The translations under genes were made by a program, and so were the position numbers. 64,000 bases of DNA, from contig NC_043013.1 of NCBI RefSeq assembly GCF_006345805.1, positions 5,704,001 to 5,768,000 of the forward strand, in the 5' to 3' direction. Position 1 is the first letter of the stretch. Each line of letters starts with the position of its first letter. The notes below the pieces were generated by a model. It did no database searches. It saw only the letters and a list, made by a program, of their open reading frames with translations, and was not told the DNA's origin. Of the stretch, positions 50,516 through 63,848 are shown piece by piece. This stretch comes from Octopus sinensis (lineage: Eukaryota).

Positions 50516-53329
50516 TTGAAGCCTCTGACGAAGTAGAAGGGGATAGAGCATCACAGGGGGTAGAAGACAGCTGGACGTTTCTAAGGAACAACCTGCTGAG
50601 AGCCACTGACCAGATCTGTGGCTGGTGCAAAGTCCCCTCTCGACCTAGAATAACGTGGTGGTGGAACAATATTGTAGACAGGGCTATTAGAGAAAAGAGA
50701 CAGGCTTGGAAGGTCTGGAAAAATGGGGGTAGCAGGGAATTGTATCAGACTGCCAAAAGAGAAGCTAGGAGACAGGTTTATTTAGCCAGAGGGGAAGCAG
50801 ATAAGAAAAGATTTGCCAATGTTCTGCGCCGTGAGGACCAAAGACTGGAGGTGTTTCGTGTTGCAAGACAGTGTGTGAGAGAGAATCGTGATGTGGTAGG
50901 AGAGAAGTGTGTTCGCATGGAAGATGGTTCACTTGCGCTAAATGAGGATGCGAAGAGAGAGGTTTGGAGATGCCACTATGAAAGGTTGCTGAATGAAGAA
51001 AATGAATGGGATAAAGAGAGTCTGCCGAATGTTGACCCAACAGAGGGACCAGCTATCCGAGTTGATAGTTCTGTGGTAGCTAAGGCAATTAGAAGCATGA
51101 AGACAGGGAAAGCCCCAGGCCCATCAGGAATCACTGCAGAGATGCTCAAAATGTCTGGTAGTGTCGGCTATAGCCTAGTCACCCATATAGTTAATCAGGT
51201 GATACACAAAGGGGTCATACCCAATGACTGGTGTAGCAGTATAATAGTCAACTGCTACAAAGGTAAAGGTGATGCCCTAGATACAAATAACTACAGAGGT
51301 ATCAAGCTGTTGGACCAGGTGATGAAGGTTACGGAGAGGGTCATAGCCCAACTAATTAGAGAGAGAGTTAGTTTAGATGAGATGCAGTTGGGTTTGTGCC
51401 AGGGAAAAGTACTACTGATGCTATATTCCTGGTAAGGCAGCTGCAGGAGAAATACCTAGCCAAAGATAAGCCCCTGTACCTGGCTTTTGTTGACATGGAG
51501 AAAGCCTTCGACAGGGTCCCCCGATCCCTTATCTGGTGGGCAATGAGAAAACTAGGGATAGATGAATGGTTAGTGAGAGCTGTGCGGGCCATGTATAGGG
51601 ACGCCGCTAGTAGGGTGAGGGTTGGAAATGAGTACAGTGAAGAATTCCGGGTAGAGGTAGGGGTCCACCAAGGCTCAGTACTCAGCCCCCTCCTATTTAT
51701 CATAGTCCTCCAGGCAATAACGGAGGAATTCAAGACAGGATGCCCTTGGGAGCTCCTCTATGCTGATGACCTTGCTCTAATTGCTGAGTCGCTATCAGAA
51801 CTGGAGGAGAAGTTTCAGGTGTGGAAACAAGGATTAGAATCGAAGGGCCTCAGAGTCAATCTAGCTAAAACCAAAGTCGTAATCAGTAGGAAGGTAGACA
51901 AATCACAAAACCTTCAGGTAGATGGCCCTGCTCGATCTGTAGAAAAGGTGTAGGTAGAAACTCTATAAGATGCACCAAGTGTAAGCTATGGACACATAAG
52001 AGATGCAGCAATGTCAAAGGAAGGCTAACTAGGAAGATGGTTTTTGTATGTGGCAGATGCTCAGGAACAATAAACACTGAAAATGCTCTGAGACCAACTT
52101 CCGTCACTTTCCAGGGAGAAAAACTAGAAATAGTTGATAGTTTCCGTTACCTAGGTGACCAAGTCAGCAGCGGGGGCGGGTGTGCTGAAAGTGTAACTGC
52201 TAGAGTAAGAATAGCTTGGGCAAAGTTCAGAGAGCTCTTACCTCTGCTGGTGACAAAAGGCCTCTCGCACAGAGTGAAAGGCAGACTGTATGATGCGTGT
52301 GTACGAACAGCCATGCTACATGGCAGTGAAACATGGGCCGTGACTACTGAGGATATGCGTAAGCTCGCTAGAAATGAAGCCAGTATGCTCCGATGGATGT
52401 GTAATGCCGGTACTCACACTTGGCAGAGTGTAAGTACCTTGAGAGAAAAGCTGAACCTAAGAAGCATCAGTTGTGGTGTGCAAGAGAGACGTTTGCGCTG
52501 GTATGGTCATGTGGCGAGAATGGATGAAGATAGTTGTGTGAAAAAGTGCCACACCCTAGCGGTTGAGGGAACCTGTGGAAGAGGCAGACCCAGGAAAACC
52601 TGGGACGAGGTGGTGAAGCACGACCTTCGAACTTTAGGTCTCACTGAGGAAATGACTAGAGACCGAGACCTCTGGAAGTGTGCTGTGCGCGAGAAGACCC
52701 GGCAGGACAAGTGAGTCCACAACCCGTGGCCTTCTACATGGGATGGAGCCAGCCTACGTATGCATACCTTCCCTTCTTGGGACACAAAACTCTACTTGTG
52801 AAGACGTGTTGAGGCAAGTGAGGATCAGAATCGAAATCGATCAATGGAAATTGCGGATGTGCTACCAGTGCCGGTGGCATGTCGAAACTCTGCTTGTGAA
52901 GACCCATTGAGGCAAGTGAGGATCAGAATCGAAATCGATCAATGGAAATCGATCAATGGAAATTGCAGATGTGTTACCAGTGCCGGTGGCATGTAAGAGA
53001 ACTTTCCGTTTCGCGACCGTTGCCAGCACCGCCCCGTTTCGTGTCCGTTGCCAGCCTCGCCTGACCCTCGTGCCGGTGGCACATAAAAAGCACCATCCGT
53101 TCGTGGCCGTTTGCCAGCTCTGTCTGGCACCAGTGCGGGTGGCACGTAAAAAGCACCCACTACACTCACAGAGTGGTTGGCGTTAGGAAGGGCATCCAGC
53201 CGTAGAAACACTGCCAGATTTGACTGGGCCTGATGAAGCCTTCTGGCTTCACAGACCCCAGTAGAACCGTCCAACCCATGCTAGCATGGAAAACGGACGC
53301 TAAATGATGATGATGATGATGATGATGAT
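50516..53329 (+). mobile_element. Young 5'-truncated RTE-clade LINE: RT, PHD finger, C-terminus, 3' UTR and (TGA)n tail
   Basis: ORFs 50740-51435, 51396-51953 and 52037-52714 join through two single-base frameshifts; motifs KAPGPSG, NYRGIKLL, FVDMEKAFD, GVHQGSVLSPLLF, LYADD, YLG. Confidence 0.96.
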
Positions 53330-54109
53330 ATATATATATTTATAACTTTACAATAACTATATACAAGTGAGAAAATGCTATAAGATCAGTTGGCTGAATA
53401 TTTGGGGACAATATAAACCAGGGCTTCACAAAGTGGGCAAGCACTAGCCCCTGCTGCAGAGGGCAGAGGAAAATTTTTATAGAACTACTGTGGAGAAAAA
53501 AAAGAAAAGAAAAAAGAAAAAAGCCTGGCTGGTGGATGGTGGAAGTGATAGATACACCTGCACATTTTTAAAGTTAAATATTGGTTTCAAATTTTGGCAC
53601 AATGCCAGCAATTTTTCTGGAATAAGTAAGTCAATTACATCAACCCGTGTTTAACTGGTTTCTTTGTTTCATTGACCCCAAAAGGATGAAAGGCAAAGTC
53701 TACCCTGACAGCATTTGAACTCAGGATGTAAAGTTCTTTTTAGATACTAAATGCACTTATAAATGATAAATCTGAATATATACCACCTGTGTGTATTGTG
53801 TTCACTTATTGTAGGGTGGTGCTGTTTTAAGTAGACACCCACGTGAAACTACCACCCAGAACTAAATCAATCTGGCCTGACACTGCATGTATTTAGATTA
53901 AAAGTGAGGAATATGGGAAGATTACATCATTGGAAAAGGGTACTGAAAATGTGTTGGCCATGGGAAAATATTAACTTAAGTTGGAAACCCGTGTGGGTCG
54001 GCACCATGAAGAACATCACGTCTTAGAAAATCTTCCACCATCTGGTCCATCCAAGCATGGAAAGTAGACATGAAAATGGTGATGATACGTACAAACACAC
54101 AAAGATTGA

Positions 54110-54280
54110 TAGCTAGGTAGACAGAAAGACAAACAGGTTGACAGACAGAAATATAAATAAACAGATAGAGCAGTAGATAGACAGACAGGTAAATAGAAAG
54201 AGAGATAGGTAAATAGAAAGATAGATAGGTAAATAGGAAGATAGATAGGTAAATAGGAAGATAGACAGACAGACAGAAAG
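54110..54280. repeat. GATA/GACA-type compound microsatellite
   Basis: agatagataggtaaatagaaag repeats. Confidence 0.8.
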
Positions 54281-56449
54281 AATACACTTTGCTGATGAAG
54301 TTCTAACAGGACTAAAATACGTCTACTGCTTTCACCTATTTGTTCCACTCTGTTTTGACCAAAAATTTCAATCAACTGATTTCATTAGAGTTATCCCCCT
54401 TGTCTGTTGTTTTCAGATGTTAAACTCCCATGTCTACAAACTGAAAAAGGTTTTGTTTATCAATCACTACTCTCACTTGAAGTCTTTCAAACCGCTTTAC
54501 TCCCTATGTTTGAAACACTACTCTATTAATAATCTTTATATTACATTTCCAAAGTGATTTTTTTTTCCATTTCCTGTTTTAATGAGAAGTCAGTCAGAAA
54601 CATTGACAATTTTTCTTTCAACACAATATTAATTTTGTACTTCAGTTTTGCCTCATTCTTTGTTTTTCATGTCACACATCATCATCGTTTAACGTCCGTT
54701 TTCCATGCTGGCATGGGTTGGATGGTTTGACCGCAGTCTGGGAAGCCAGGAGGCTGCACCAGGCTCCAGTCTGATCTGGCAGTGTTTCTAGAGCTGGATG
54801 CCCTTCCTAACACCAACCACTCCGAGAGAGTAGTGGGTGCTTTTTTACATACCACCAGCATAGGGGCCAGAGGGGGCTGGATCGACCACGATCAGATGGT
54901 GCTTTTTACGTGCCACCAGCACAGAAGCCAGTCGAGGCAGCGCTGGCATCGGCCACATTAGGATGGTGCTTTTTACGTGCCACCAGTACGTGGATCACAA
55001 CTACATTTTCCATTTCAATGTAATTTGATTTGATTTTGCCACTTGGATACTAATTACATCATTATAATCGTCGTCATCATTTAACCTGGTCCATTAATTT
55101 GATGCCTGTTTAGTTTCCTGTTTTTCATGCCTCATCTTTGTCTTTCATGACAAAGATACTGCTATGTCGGTCATCATATCTCTCAGTCATGTTTCACTGA
55201 CCATGTGAGTGACTATATTTTCAGCATTTCAACAATCACACTAACAAAATTTTAATTTCTTTTGTCTTTGGTCAGTGTTATTTCCTATTTGCTTCTCTCT
55301 AGAAATCGAAGGAAATGACTACTATTCCTTTCAAACTTTGCTTTTGTGACCCGGACATCAACGTTTTGAAACTGACCTATTTTCCATCACATTTCACACA
55401 GATTCAGCACCAAGTTGCTCAAGCAGGAATATTGTTATAGCAAATATTCTGCTCAATATCATACATTTGCTTGACCTTAGCCACCTGAGCATGTCCCTTG
55501 GTGGCTGACAATATGTGCATTTATGTCCATAAGCAGGAGTAGTGGGGGAGCATCAGAGCCATGTGTCAAGGGGGATTCTTCGGGATTTGAATAAATATAA
55601 CAAAAGCAAAGTTTGAAGGAAATATTAGCCAGCTGCCTTCATTGTCTTCATACCCTTAATTGCATTCTTATTCACACTGCTGTCAAATTTAATGGCTATT
55701 CCTTCCTTTGATTCTGCTTCAGTTAGGGCCACTCTCATCTTTGATTCTGCTTTGATTAAGCCTGTTCTCACCCTTGTATCTGTGTCATTCAACAATCTCT
55801 CATAGCAGTTTTTCTTTGCCTCTTTCTTTTCAGCATTACTAAGAGTGTCTCACTATTGTTTCATGTACCCTTATCACAAACAACATCGAAACTCACTGTA
55901 GTACACTCTCCAGTAATTCAGAGTACCTCAACCCTCTGATCCTCACATCACAGAACATATGCAAAACCCTTACATTTTGCCTTTCCCCTCATTAACAACA
56001 GAAACTGAGCTGAAAACCTTTAAGGGACTGTATCTGGAGGGCTGTGGACTCTCCTGGCTCTACCCTACCCCAGTCTCAAAGACTCTGCAAATGCCATGGT
56101 TACTCCTCTGTCTCTGACCAAGCCATAGCAGAAAAGTAAAAAAAATATATCCTTCACAACAACAAAGTACTAATAACAATGGATGCCTCAACAGGATTAC
56201 TCAGCCTACAAGAAATAGCAGCCACATGAATCTTTATCAAATCAAATACTTTTTATAAAAAAACAAGATCACATTAGACAGATTCCATAAAAAAAAGCTG
56301 TGATGGTCATGGCTAAACTGCTTGTGATCACAAGCCTGCTGACTCTGAGCTATCTCAGGGCTAACCAACAATAACAATCAGTGAAAACAATATTTTGGGT
56401 TTTACCCACATATGCAAAATACACATACATTACCTATATATATATACAT

Positions 56450-57536
56450 TATTATGGCTGCCCCCTTGTTATCGAGTATGGCCATTGCATGAAGCTTAAC
56501 TGTTACTGGTGCTGTGATCGAATGTGACTTTTTAGCCCAGCTAAAGATTTACAATGTCTTGTACAGAATTGGCAACTAAAACCTTTACAGGTAATAGCCG
56601 GCTGTAGTTGTAACTGGGCTTCATGTACCTTTGCATGTCGTTTAAGTCCTCCTGCCAAATTACACTCTCTTCCACAAGCCCGACAGATATGATTAGTATG
56701 ATGTGTTACACCACCACCAGTGGCCAGGTTGTCACTCATCTGTCTCGCTTTAAGACTACGAAGATGACTCTTGAGTCCAGCTTTACTGAGGCAGGGTCTT
56801 GCACAGACACTGCATGTCAGCATCATAGGAAGACCCGTCCCATCAGGAAGTGTAACAGCAATGCCCTTCCTGACATCCCTCCTTACTTTCTCATGTGCAA
56901 CTCGAGACTTCCTCAAAAGTGGCTGTCTCCTCATGCACAATCCTTCTTCACCTGCTACGATCAATAGCTATGCCTTCCCATGTGTCAGGAGAGATGCAAG
57001 CGTCTCTTAAGGAAGCCTTCAGCAAGTCCTTATACCTTAATTTTGGTTTATGTGGAGGTCGTTCTCCTTTAGCTAACTCTCCATTAAAGAGTTGTTTTGG
57101 CATCCTTGAATCCTTCATCCTGACCAGATGACCACTCCATCTGAGCCTTTGCTTTAACACAAGAGCTTCTATACTCTCACACCGAGAGCCTTCCAATATT
57201 TCAAGATCACTGATGCGGTCTTTCCACTGAATGCCATAGATCCGTCTGAGACACATCTGATGGAAACGTTCCAGTTGTTTAAGGTGGTATCGATATGTGA
57301 CCCACGTCTCGCAGGCATAGAGAAGAGAAGGGAGCACACATGCCTTGTACACCTTTATCTTTGTCTGTCTGCATGTCTCGCCAACTCCAGAGGCGCTTTT
57401 CTAGCCTTCCGAAAGCAACACTTGCTTTCCTAATTCTATATGGAATTTCATCATCCAAATTGCTATATCTATTAATAGTGCTTCCCAGGTAGACAAACTG
57501 ATCAACTAGATCAAGTCGTTTACCATACATACACAA
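56450..57536 (-). mobile_element. 5'-truncated RTE/BovB-like LINE with three C-terminal C2H2 zinc fingers
   Basis: FVYLGSTI, YKACVLPSLLYACETW, RLRWSGHLVRM, then CSVC..H, CRAC..H..H and CQFC..H..H; frameshifted. Confidence 0.9.
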
Positions 57537-57554
57537 ACAATGATACAGAATTAC

Positions 57555-57593
57555 CTGTTTGTCGGGTTTTCATTTGTTTCGTATACTGTTGGA
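57555..57593 (-). other. Candidate 39-bp 5' UTR exon of the Ly6/uPAR gene
   Basis: tattgttttag| ... CAG|gtaatt on the same strand as the gene; the ATG exon has an acceptor, so an upstream exon must exist. Confidence 0.4.
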
Positions 57594-57829
57594 CTAAAAC
57601 AATAATTAGCTCGTTTTTAATTTAAACTGAATCTTTGGATATAACTGACATAATAAATGGAAAAATGACAAACAAAATGACGGTGGACTGGCAGAAAAGG
57701 TAGAAAAATAATAATAGATTGGTAGAGCAATGACGGTCAAAATAGAACTGAACTGACACAATGGGTAGGACAATGATGGTCAAAATATTTGAGACAATTA
57801 CACAACAACACTGCACATCATACAGATGT

Positions 57830-58630
57830 GTCTGTGAGTGTGTGGTAAGAAGCTTGCTTCCCAACCACATGGTTCTGGGTTCAGTCCCACTGCATGGCAC
57901 TTTGGGCAAGTCTCTTCTACTATAGTCTTGGGCTGATCAAAGCTTTGTGAATGGTTTTGGTTTATGAAAATAGAAAGAAGTCCATCGAATATATATATAT
58001 ATATACGTGTGTGTGTGTGTATGTCTGTGTTTGTCCCCCCACCATAGCTTGACAACCAATATTGGTGTGTTTACATCTCCATAACTTTTGGCAAAAGAGA
58101 CTGATAGAATAAGTACTAGGCTTACAAAGAATAAGTCCTGGGGTATATTTGTTCGACTAAAGATAGTGCTTTAGCATGGCTGCAGTTAAATGACTGAAAC
58201 AAATAAGAGTAAAATATATATATATATATCTTTCTCCTTTTTCTCTCTTTTACTTGTTTCAGTCATTTTGACTGCGGCCATGCTGGTGCATCGCCTTTAA
58301 TCGAGCAACTCGACCCCGGGACTTATTCTTTGTAAGCCCAGTACTTATTCTATCGGTCTCTTTTGCTGAACCGCTAAGTGATGGGGACATAAACAGACCA
58401 GCATCGGTTGTCAAGCAATGCTAGGGGGACAAACACAGACACACAAACATACATATATATACATATATACGACGGGCTTCTTTCAGTTTCCGTCTACCAA
58501 ATCCACTCACAAGGCTTTGGTCGGCCCGAGGCTATAGTAGAAGACACTTGCCCAAGGTGCCACACAATGGGACTGAACCCGGAACCATGTGGTTGGTAAA
58601 CAAGCTACTTACCACACAGCCACTCCTGCG

Positions 58631-58633
<3 letters not shown>
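57830..58633. mobile_element. Tail-to-tail pair of CORE-like SINE family B copies (57830-58212 +, 58238-58633 -)
   Basis: Head gtggctgtgtggtaag...gggttcagtccc, core gcaccttgggcaagtgtctt; other copies near 10520, 11070, 60105 and 62950. Confidence 0.85.
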
Positions 58634-58694
<61 letters not shown>

Positions 58695-61600
58695 ATGATG
58701 TATAAAAGATAAAGATCCTCTCCCAGTTACATAGACTCACAGGGCCAGTTCCTTGGTTTCTGTGGCATATAATACCCCACTCTGGACAGGATGCTAGTCC
58801 ACTGCAGGATAAACTCACTTTTAGATGCTGAGCAGACTGGAGCAACATGAAATGAAGTCTTTTTTGCTCAAGAACACAAAGAATCACTTGGTCCAGAAAT
58901 TGAAACCTCAGTCTTACAATTCGGAGTTCAACTCCCTAACCACTGACCCACATGCCTCCGCTCTATAGAGACAGAATAGTTGTTGCAGGAATGCTCAGAC
59001 AGAGCTGACCCAGGGTTAAACAACAACAGATAAAAAAAAACACACACAAAGTTCATAGAATTCAAAACATGTCTGGTAAGTTCACCGTCATCAATTCACC
59101 ACAGGGAAAGGTCACAATTTTTTAACAATAAAATAATTTTTAACTATTAATGGTGAGATTCTTTGGATATATTTTCTCAGTAACCTTTCCTCACAGTGAA
59201 CTGACCTGTAATCAATTCAAACACGGGTCATGATGGAACTAGTATATTCAAATAAATAAACAATGTCCTAGGCTTGAACGAACATCAATTTAGAGGCGTC
59301 TGGAGGCAGATTAGCATTTAAACTGACCATATTTTATGTTCAAACCAGTCAGATCCTGCCTCTCACACATTCTGCAATGTCATTCTAAAAATATATATGT
59401 ACGTCATCAGAATCTCTAAGCTATGAAATTGTGCCTGATTAATTAAAAACAATGGGAGGGGGGATCTGAAAGGGGTCTCTGGGAGTAGTGTCCCTGCCTT
59501 CCTGAGCTAGTTTTCTACCACATTTCTTAAAAATTGTGGTCGAGGCCTTGGTCTCAGGACCACTCATGTCTAGAAACTGAGGTTGGAGGTAAGCAAGGGT
59601 ATGCTCCCCATAGAAATTCCAGCCTAAAAAAATCCTCATGATGGCAAGGGAGAATGGGCACCAGGCAGCCCAAAGGTTGGGGTGGGCTGCATCTGCCTAC
59701 CTTGGTTGCTATGGCATTGAGGTAGATCCAGCCAACTCCATTAACAGGGACAAAACCCAGATTTAAAACACTGGACTGGACTGTGAATATATATATATAT
59801 CTTTCGCGATATACCATGCTTTGAGAAGACCTGTGAAACCAGAGATCCTAGTTGTGGCTGGTGCTGTGTACCTGGTACATAAAAAAGCATCCACTACACT
59901 CTTGGAGTGGTTGGCATTAGGAAGGGAATCCAGCAGTAGAAACCATGCCAAATCAGATTGGAACCTTGAGTAGCTACCTAGCTTACCAATTATCATTCAA
60001 ACCATCTAACCCATGCCAGCATGGAAAACAGATGTTAAAAGATGATGATATATATATAAACGTTGTTATTGTTATTATCATCATCATTTATTATTATTAT
60101 GTGCTTGTGTGGTTAAGAGGTTTGCTCCCCAACCATATGGTTTCAAGTTTAGTGCCTGTGTGTGTGTGGCACATTGGGCAAGTGTCTTCTATTGTAGCCC
60201 TAGACTGATCAAAACACTGTGAGTGGATTTAGAAGAGAGGAAACTGAAAGAAGCCCATTGTATCATCATCACCACCACCATCATCAATTAACGTCCATTT
60301 TCCATGCCAGCAACGGTTCGATGGTTTGTTTAGAGCTGGCAAGGGCCAGGAGAGCTGTACTAGGTGTTCAAGTCTCATTTGACCTCTTTTGTACAGCCAG
60401 ATACCCTTCATAACACCAACCACTTTACAAAGTGTACTGGGTGTTTCTTTACATGGAACCAGCAAGGGTGCCTTTTATGTGGCCCAGTATGGCACATACA
60501 ATTCATGTTTATGTATGTTTAGTCGTTGTCTTGACCTTGTTTTAAATGAACGTCATTCATTTCCAGTATGTCTGGCTATAGGGAAATATTATCTGGTTTG
60601 GAAACGGGTGAGGTTTAGCGACAGGAAGGGCACCTAGCCATAGAAAATCTACTTTAATAAGACCCATCTGATTCATATCAGCATGAGAAAATGGATGTTA
60701 AAAACGATGAAGATGATATCTGTTTGGTAGTATCTTGGAAGAATAATTATAATAGATCGCAAACTCGATCTATTTCATTCTTTATTATCATCATTAATCC
60801 CCCAATCAATTGTGATTTATCATTTGGTCGATCGATCAATCGTCTAGGTTCGTCTGTCACCTGGGGTAGAGAGGGCATATGATTGATAAGGTCACATAAA
60901 GCGATGAAAGGACGGAGACGAAATAAAGCGACTGATCGATTAACTTAGTCGACAAATATAAAAATGAAATCGTTCCCGTTTTGGGAGAGAGATTCAAGGG
61001 AGATAAGTCCAATAGTTTCGGGTCATCTCCCTTTATCATGATAGAAATATTTACAGTTAATTTAACTTGGTGTAGCACTAATTAGAAAAACCTAAGTTGT
61101 TTACCAATTACTGTTGACCTTAGAACAACGGGAGACATTTAAATCTATATTACGTCTACACTTTGTTTCCTTAACGATAAGTTTATGCAAACACCACGTT
61201 GACAATTAGGTCCCCTTACTGGACAGGTGTTTACCATCTGATTCAATTTATTTGGTCTGATAAATCAAGTGCTCTTAAGTTGACATTTTGCCGTTAAACC
61301 TGTCCCAACGAAAAGCTCTCATCCTTACCAACATGGCTGACTGTTTAACTATCATAGTCTGGCGTTGAAACTTTACTGCAGCTGTTATAGGCCAGAGAGC
61401 AATTAGCAGCACTTTTCATCCCGACTCACATACCTATTTCTTTATTACCCACAAGGGGCTAAACAGAGGGGACAAACAAGGACAGACATAGGTATTAAGT
61501 CGATTACATCGACCCAGTGCGTAACTGGTACTTATTTAATCGACCCCGAAAGGATGAAAAGCAAAGTCGACCTCGGCGGAATTTGAACTCAGAACGTAGC

Positions 61601-63848
61601 GGCAGACGAAATACCGCTAAGCATTTCACACTCCTGTGACTCGGGGTACAATATATTACGGCGATCATTCGTTACTAGTAACATAACTGTCACTTATAAA
61701 CCCACGTGGGTTTTATTTACATTTCTGAAGAAAAAAAAGATACCCTTCCCCCCACATATGTAAAAAAAAAAAAAAATTTTACAGAAAGTGACGATGTCTT
61801 TCTTCTTCAAATGTAAACAAATACACGTGACGTAAATGGGACTCATATCGAAAGAATGCCTATATTACTTTTACTTGTTTCGGTCATTGGACTGTAGCCA
61901 TACTGGAGCAGCGGCTTGAAGAGTTCGCTCGAATGGTGGAAGTAAACAAACCAACATCGGTTAAACTGAGGTGGGGGCAAACACAATGTCACACACGTGT
62001 GTGTATTGGAAAATGTGTGAAATACTTGGTACAGTTGGGTATATTTGAAAAGGGAAAAGAACGACTTCACTGGTAGTTCTAATTAATTTAATTTTACCAT
62101 CCTCGCCTGGCCCCCGTGCCGGTGGCACATAAAAAGCGCCATCCGATCGTGGCCGTTTGCCAGCCTCGCCTGGTACCCGTGCAGGTGGCACGTAAAAAGC
62201 ACCCACTACACTCTCAGAATGGTTGGCGTTAGGAAGGGCATCCAGCTGTAGAAACACTGCCAGATTTGACTGGGCCTGATGAAGCCTTCTGGCTTCCCAG
62301 ACCCCAGTTGAACCGTCCAACCCATGCTAGCATGGAGAACGGACGTTAAATGATGATGATAATTTTATTTCACAGTTTGGTTTGTTGATCTAGTAAGTTC
62401 TTTGTTAACTTTTCTGGAGAACTTTCTCGTATTTATGGGAGGCAGTTGTCAAATTGCTCTTCAGGTTGTGTTGAGCTGTGGGCATGCTTGGGGTGGGGTT
62501 GGGGTTTGTTAATAAGTGCGAGAGTGAAGGAGACTTGACGAATCAGAGATGCTAGAAAATAGGAATGGTAAAAACAAGACGACTGAGAGTGAAGTTGGGA
62601 GGTGGTGGGGTGTTCAAGGATTTATTTATGAAGGGCTTGCAAGTGTCCTCATGTTAGTTCCATTTGAATTGTTGACCTGTGGTGGAAAATATAATTCAAA
62701 TTCTCTTAACACTGAATCAACTTGATTTTATAAAGAGAAGCTTCAGTAATTTTCTGTTAAAGCTGAGATTAGGTGATAAAAAGGGTATGATAGCAGAGGA
62801 GATAGAAAAGAAAAAGAGGTTAGACCTGGAATGTTTGTTGATAGAAATGTACTTTTTTATATTTATATTTTGGGAGGGGAGGAGGGGGAGAGATCATGCT
62901 AGCTCACATATTTACTTCCCTACATAAACTCAAACAAAAAATATACATACACAGTGGCTGTGTGGTAAGAACCTTGCTTCCCAACCACATGATTCTGGGT
63001 TCAGTCCCACTGCATGACACCTTGGGCAAATGTCTTCTACTATAGCCTTGGGTTAACCAAAACCTTGTGAGTAGATTTGGTAGATGGAAACTGAAAGAAG
63101 CCTGTCGTATATGTATGCATTTGTGTGTCTGTGTTGGTCCCCCGACCATCGACAACCAATGCTGGTGTGTTTATGTCCCTGTAACCTAGCGGTTCGGTAA
63201 AAAAGGCCAATAGAATAAGTACTATGTCCTGGGGGTCCATTTGTTCAACTAAAGGCAGTGCCCCAGCACAACTACATTCAAATGACTGAAATGAGAAATA
63301 TATATATATATATACACACATACATCATGCATGTGCTGTCAGTAATTACTCAGGGTAGGCAGTTGGCAACCTTTATGTAGTAAAACACGGCACACAACTG
63401 AGTAAAAGGCAGATCTATTTCTGCTTTCATAACACGTAAAGAAAACGGTGTTGTAGAAGTGTACGCAGCTCGTGCACTACAGCAGTACTATGCGTAGTTT
63501 AAATACTGAGATTGAAAAGTAGGGGCGAATTATGGCCACCTAATCTACAAAGAAACAAATAAAATATTTTGCATTTAATGCATAGTAATCAGACAAACCT
63601 TCATAATTTTATTGAATTTGGTGCATATTTTACCATGAGAGGAAAATGTTGCTATTAATCTATTTTATTCAAGGCAGGCATAACCTACCTAGGTGGCACA
63701 TCCCTGATATATATATACACATGCACAAACACATATGCATACATATATACACACATACCCATACACATATTTTCTAGCTCATACAAACCCATGTATTTGT
63801 ACATGCATACGTCCACACACATGTATCTATGCTACCCAAGTTAACATG

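Noticed and set aside
53228-53260. CTGATGA plus hairpin in the RTE 3' UTR as a hammerhead
   Set aside because: No GAAA box follows, and other copies read ctggtgca at this position
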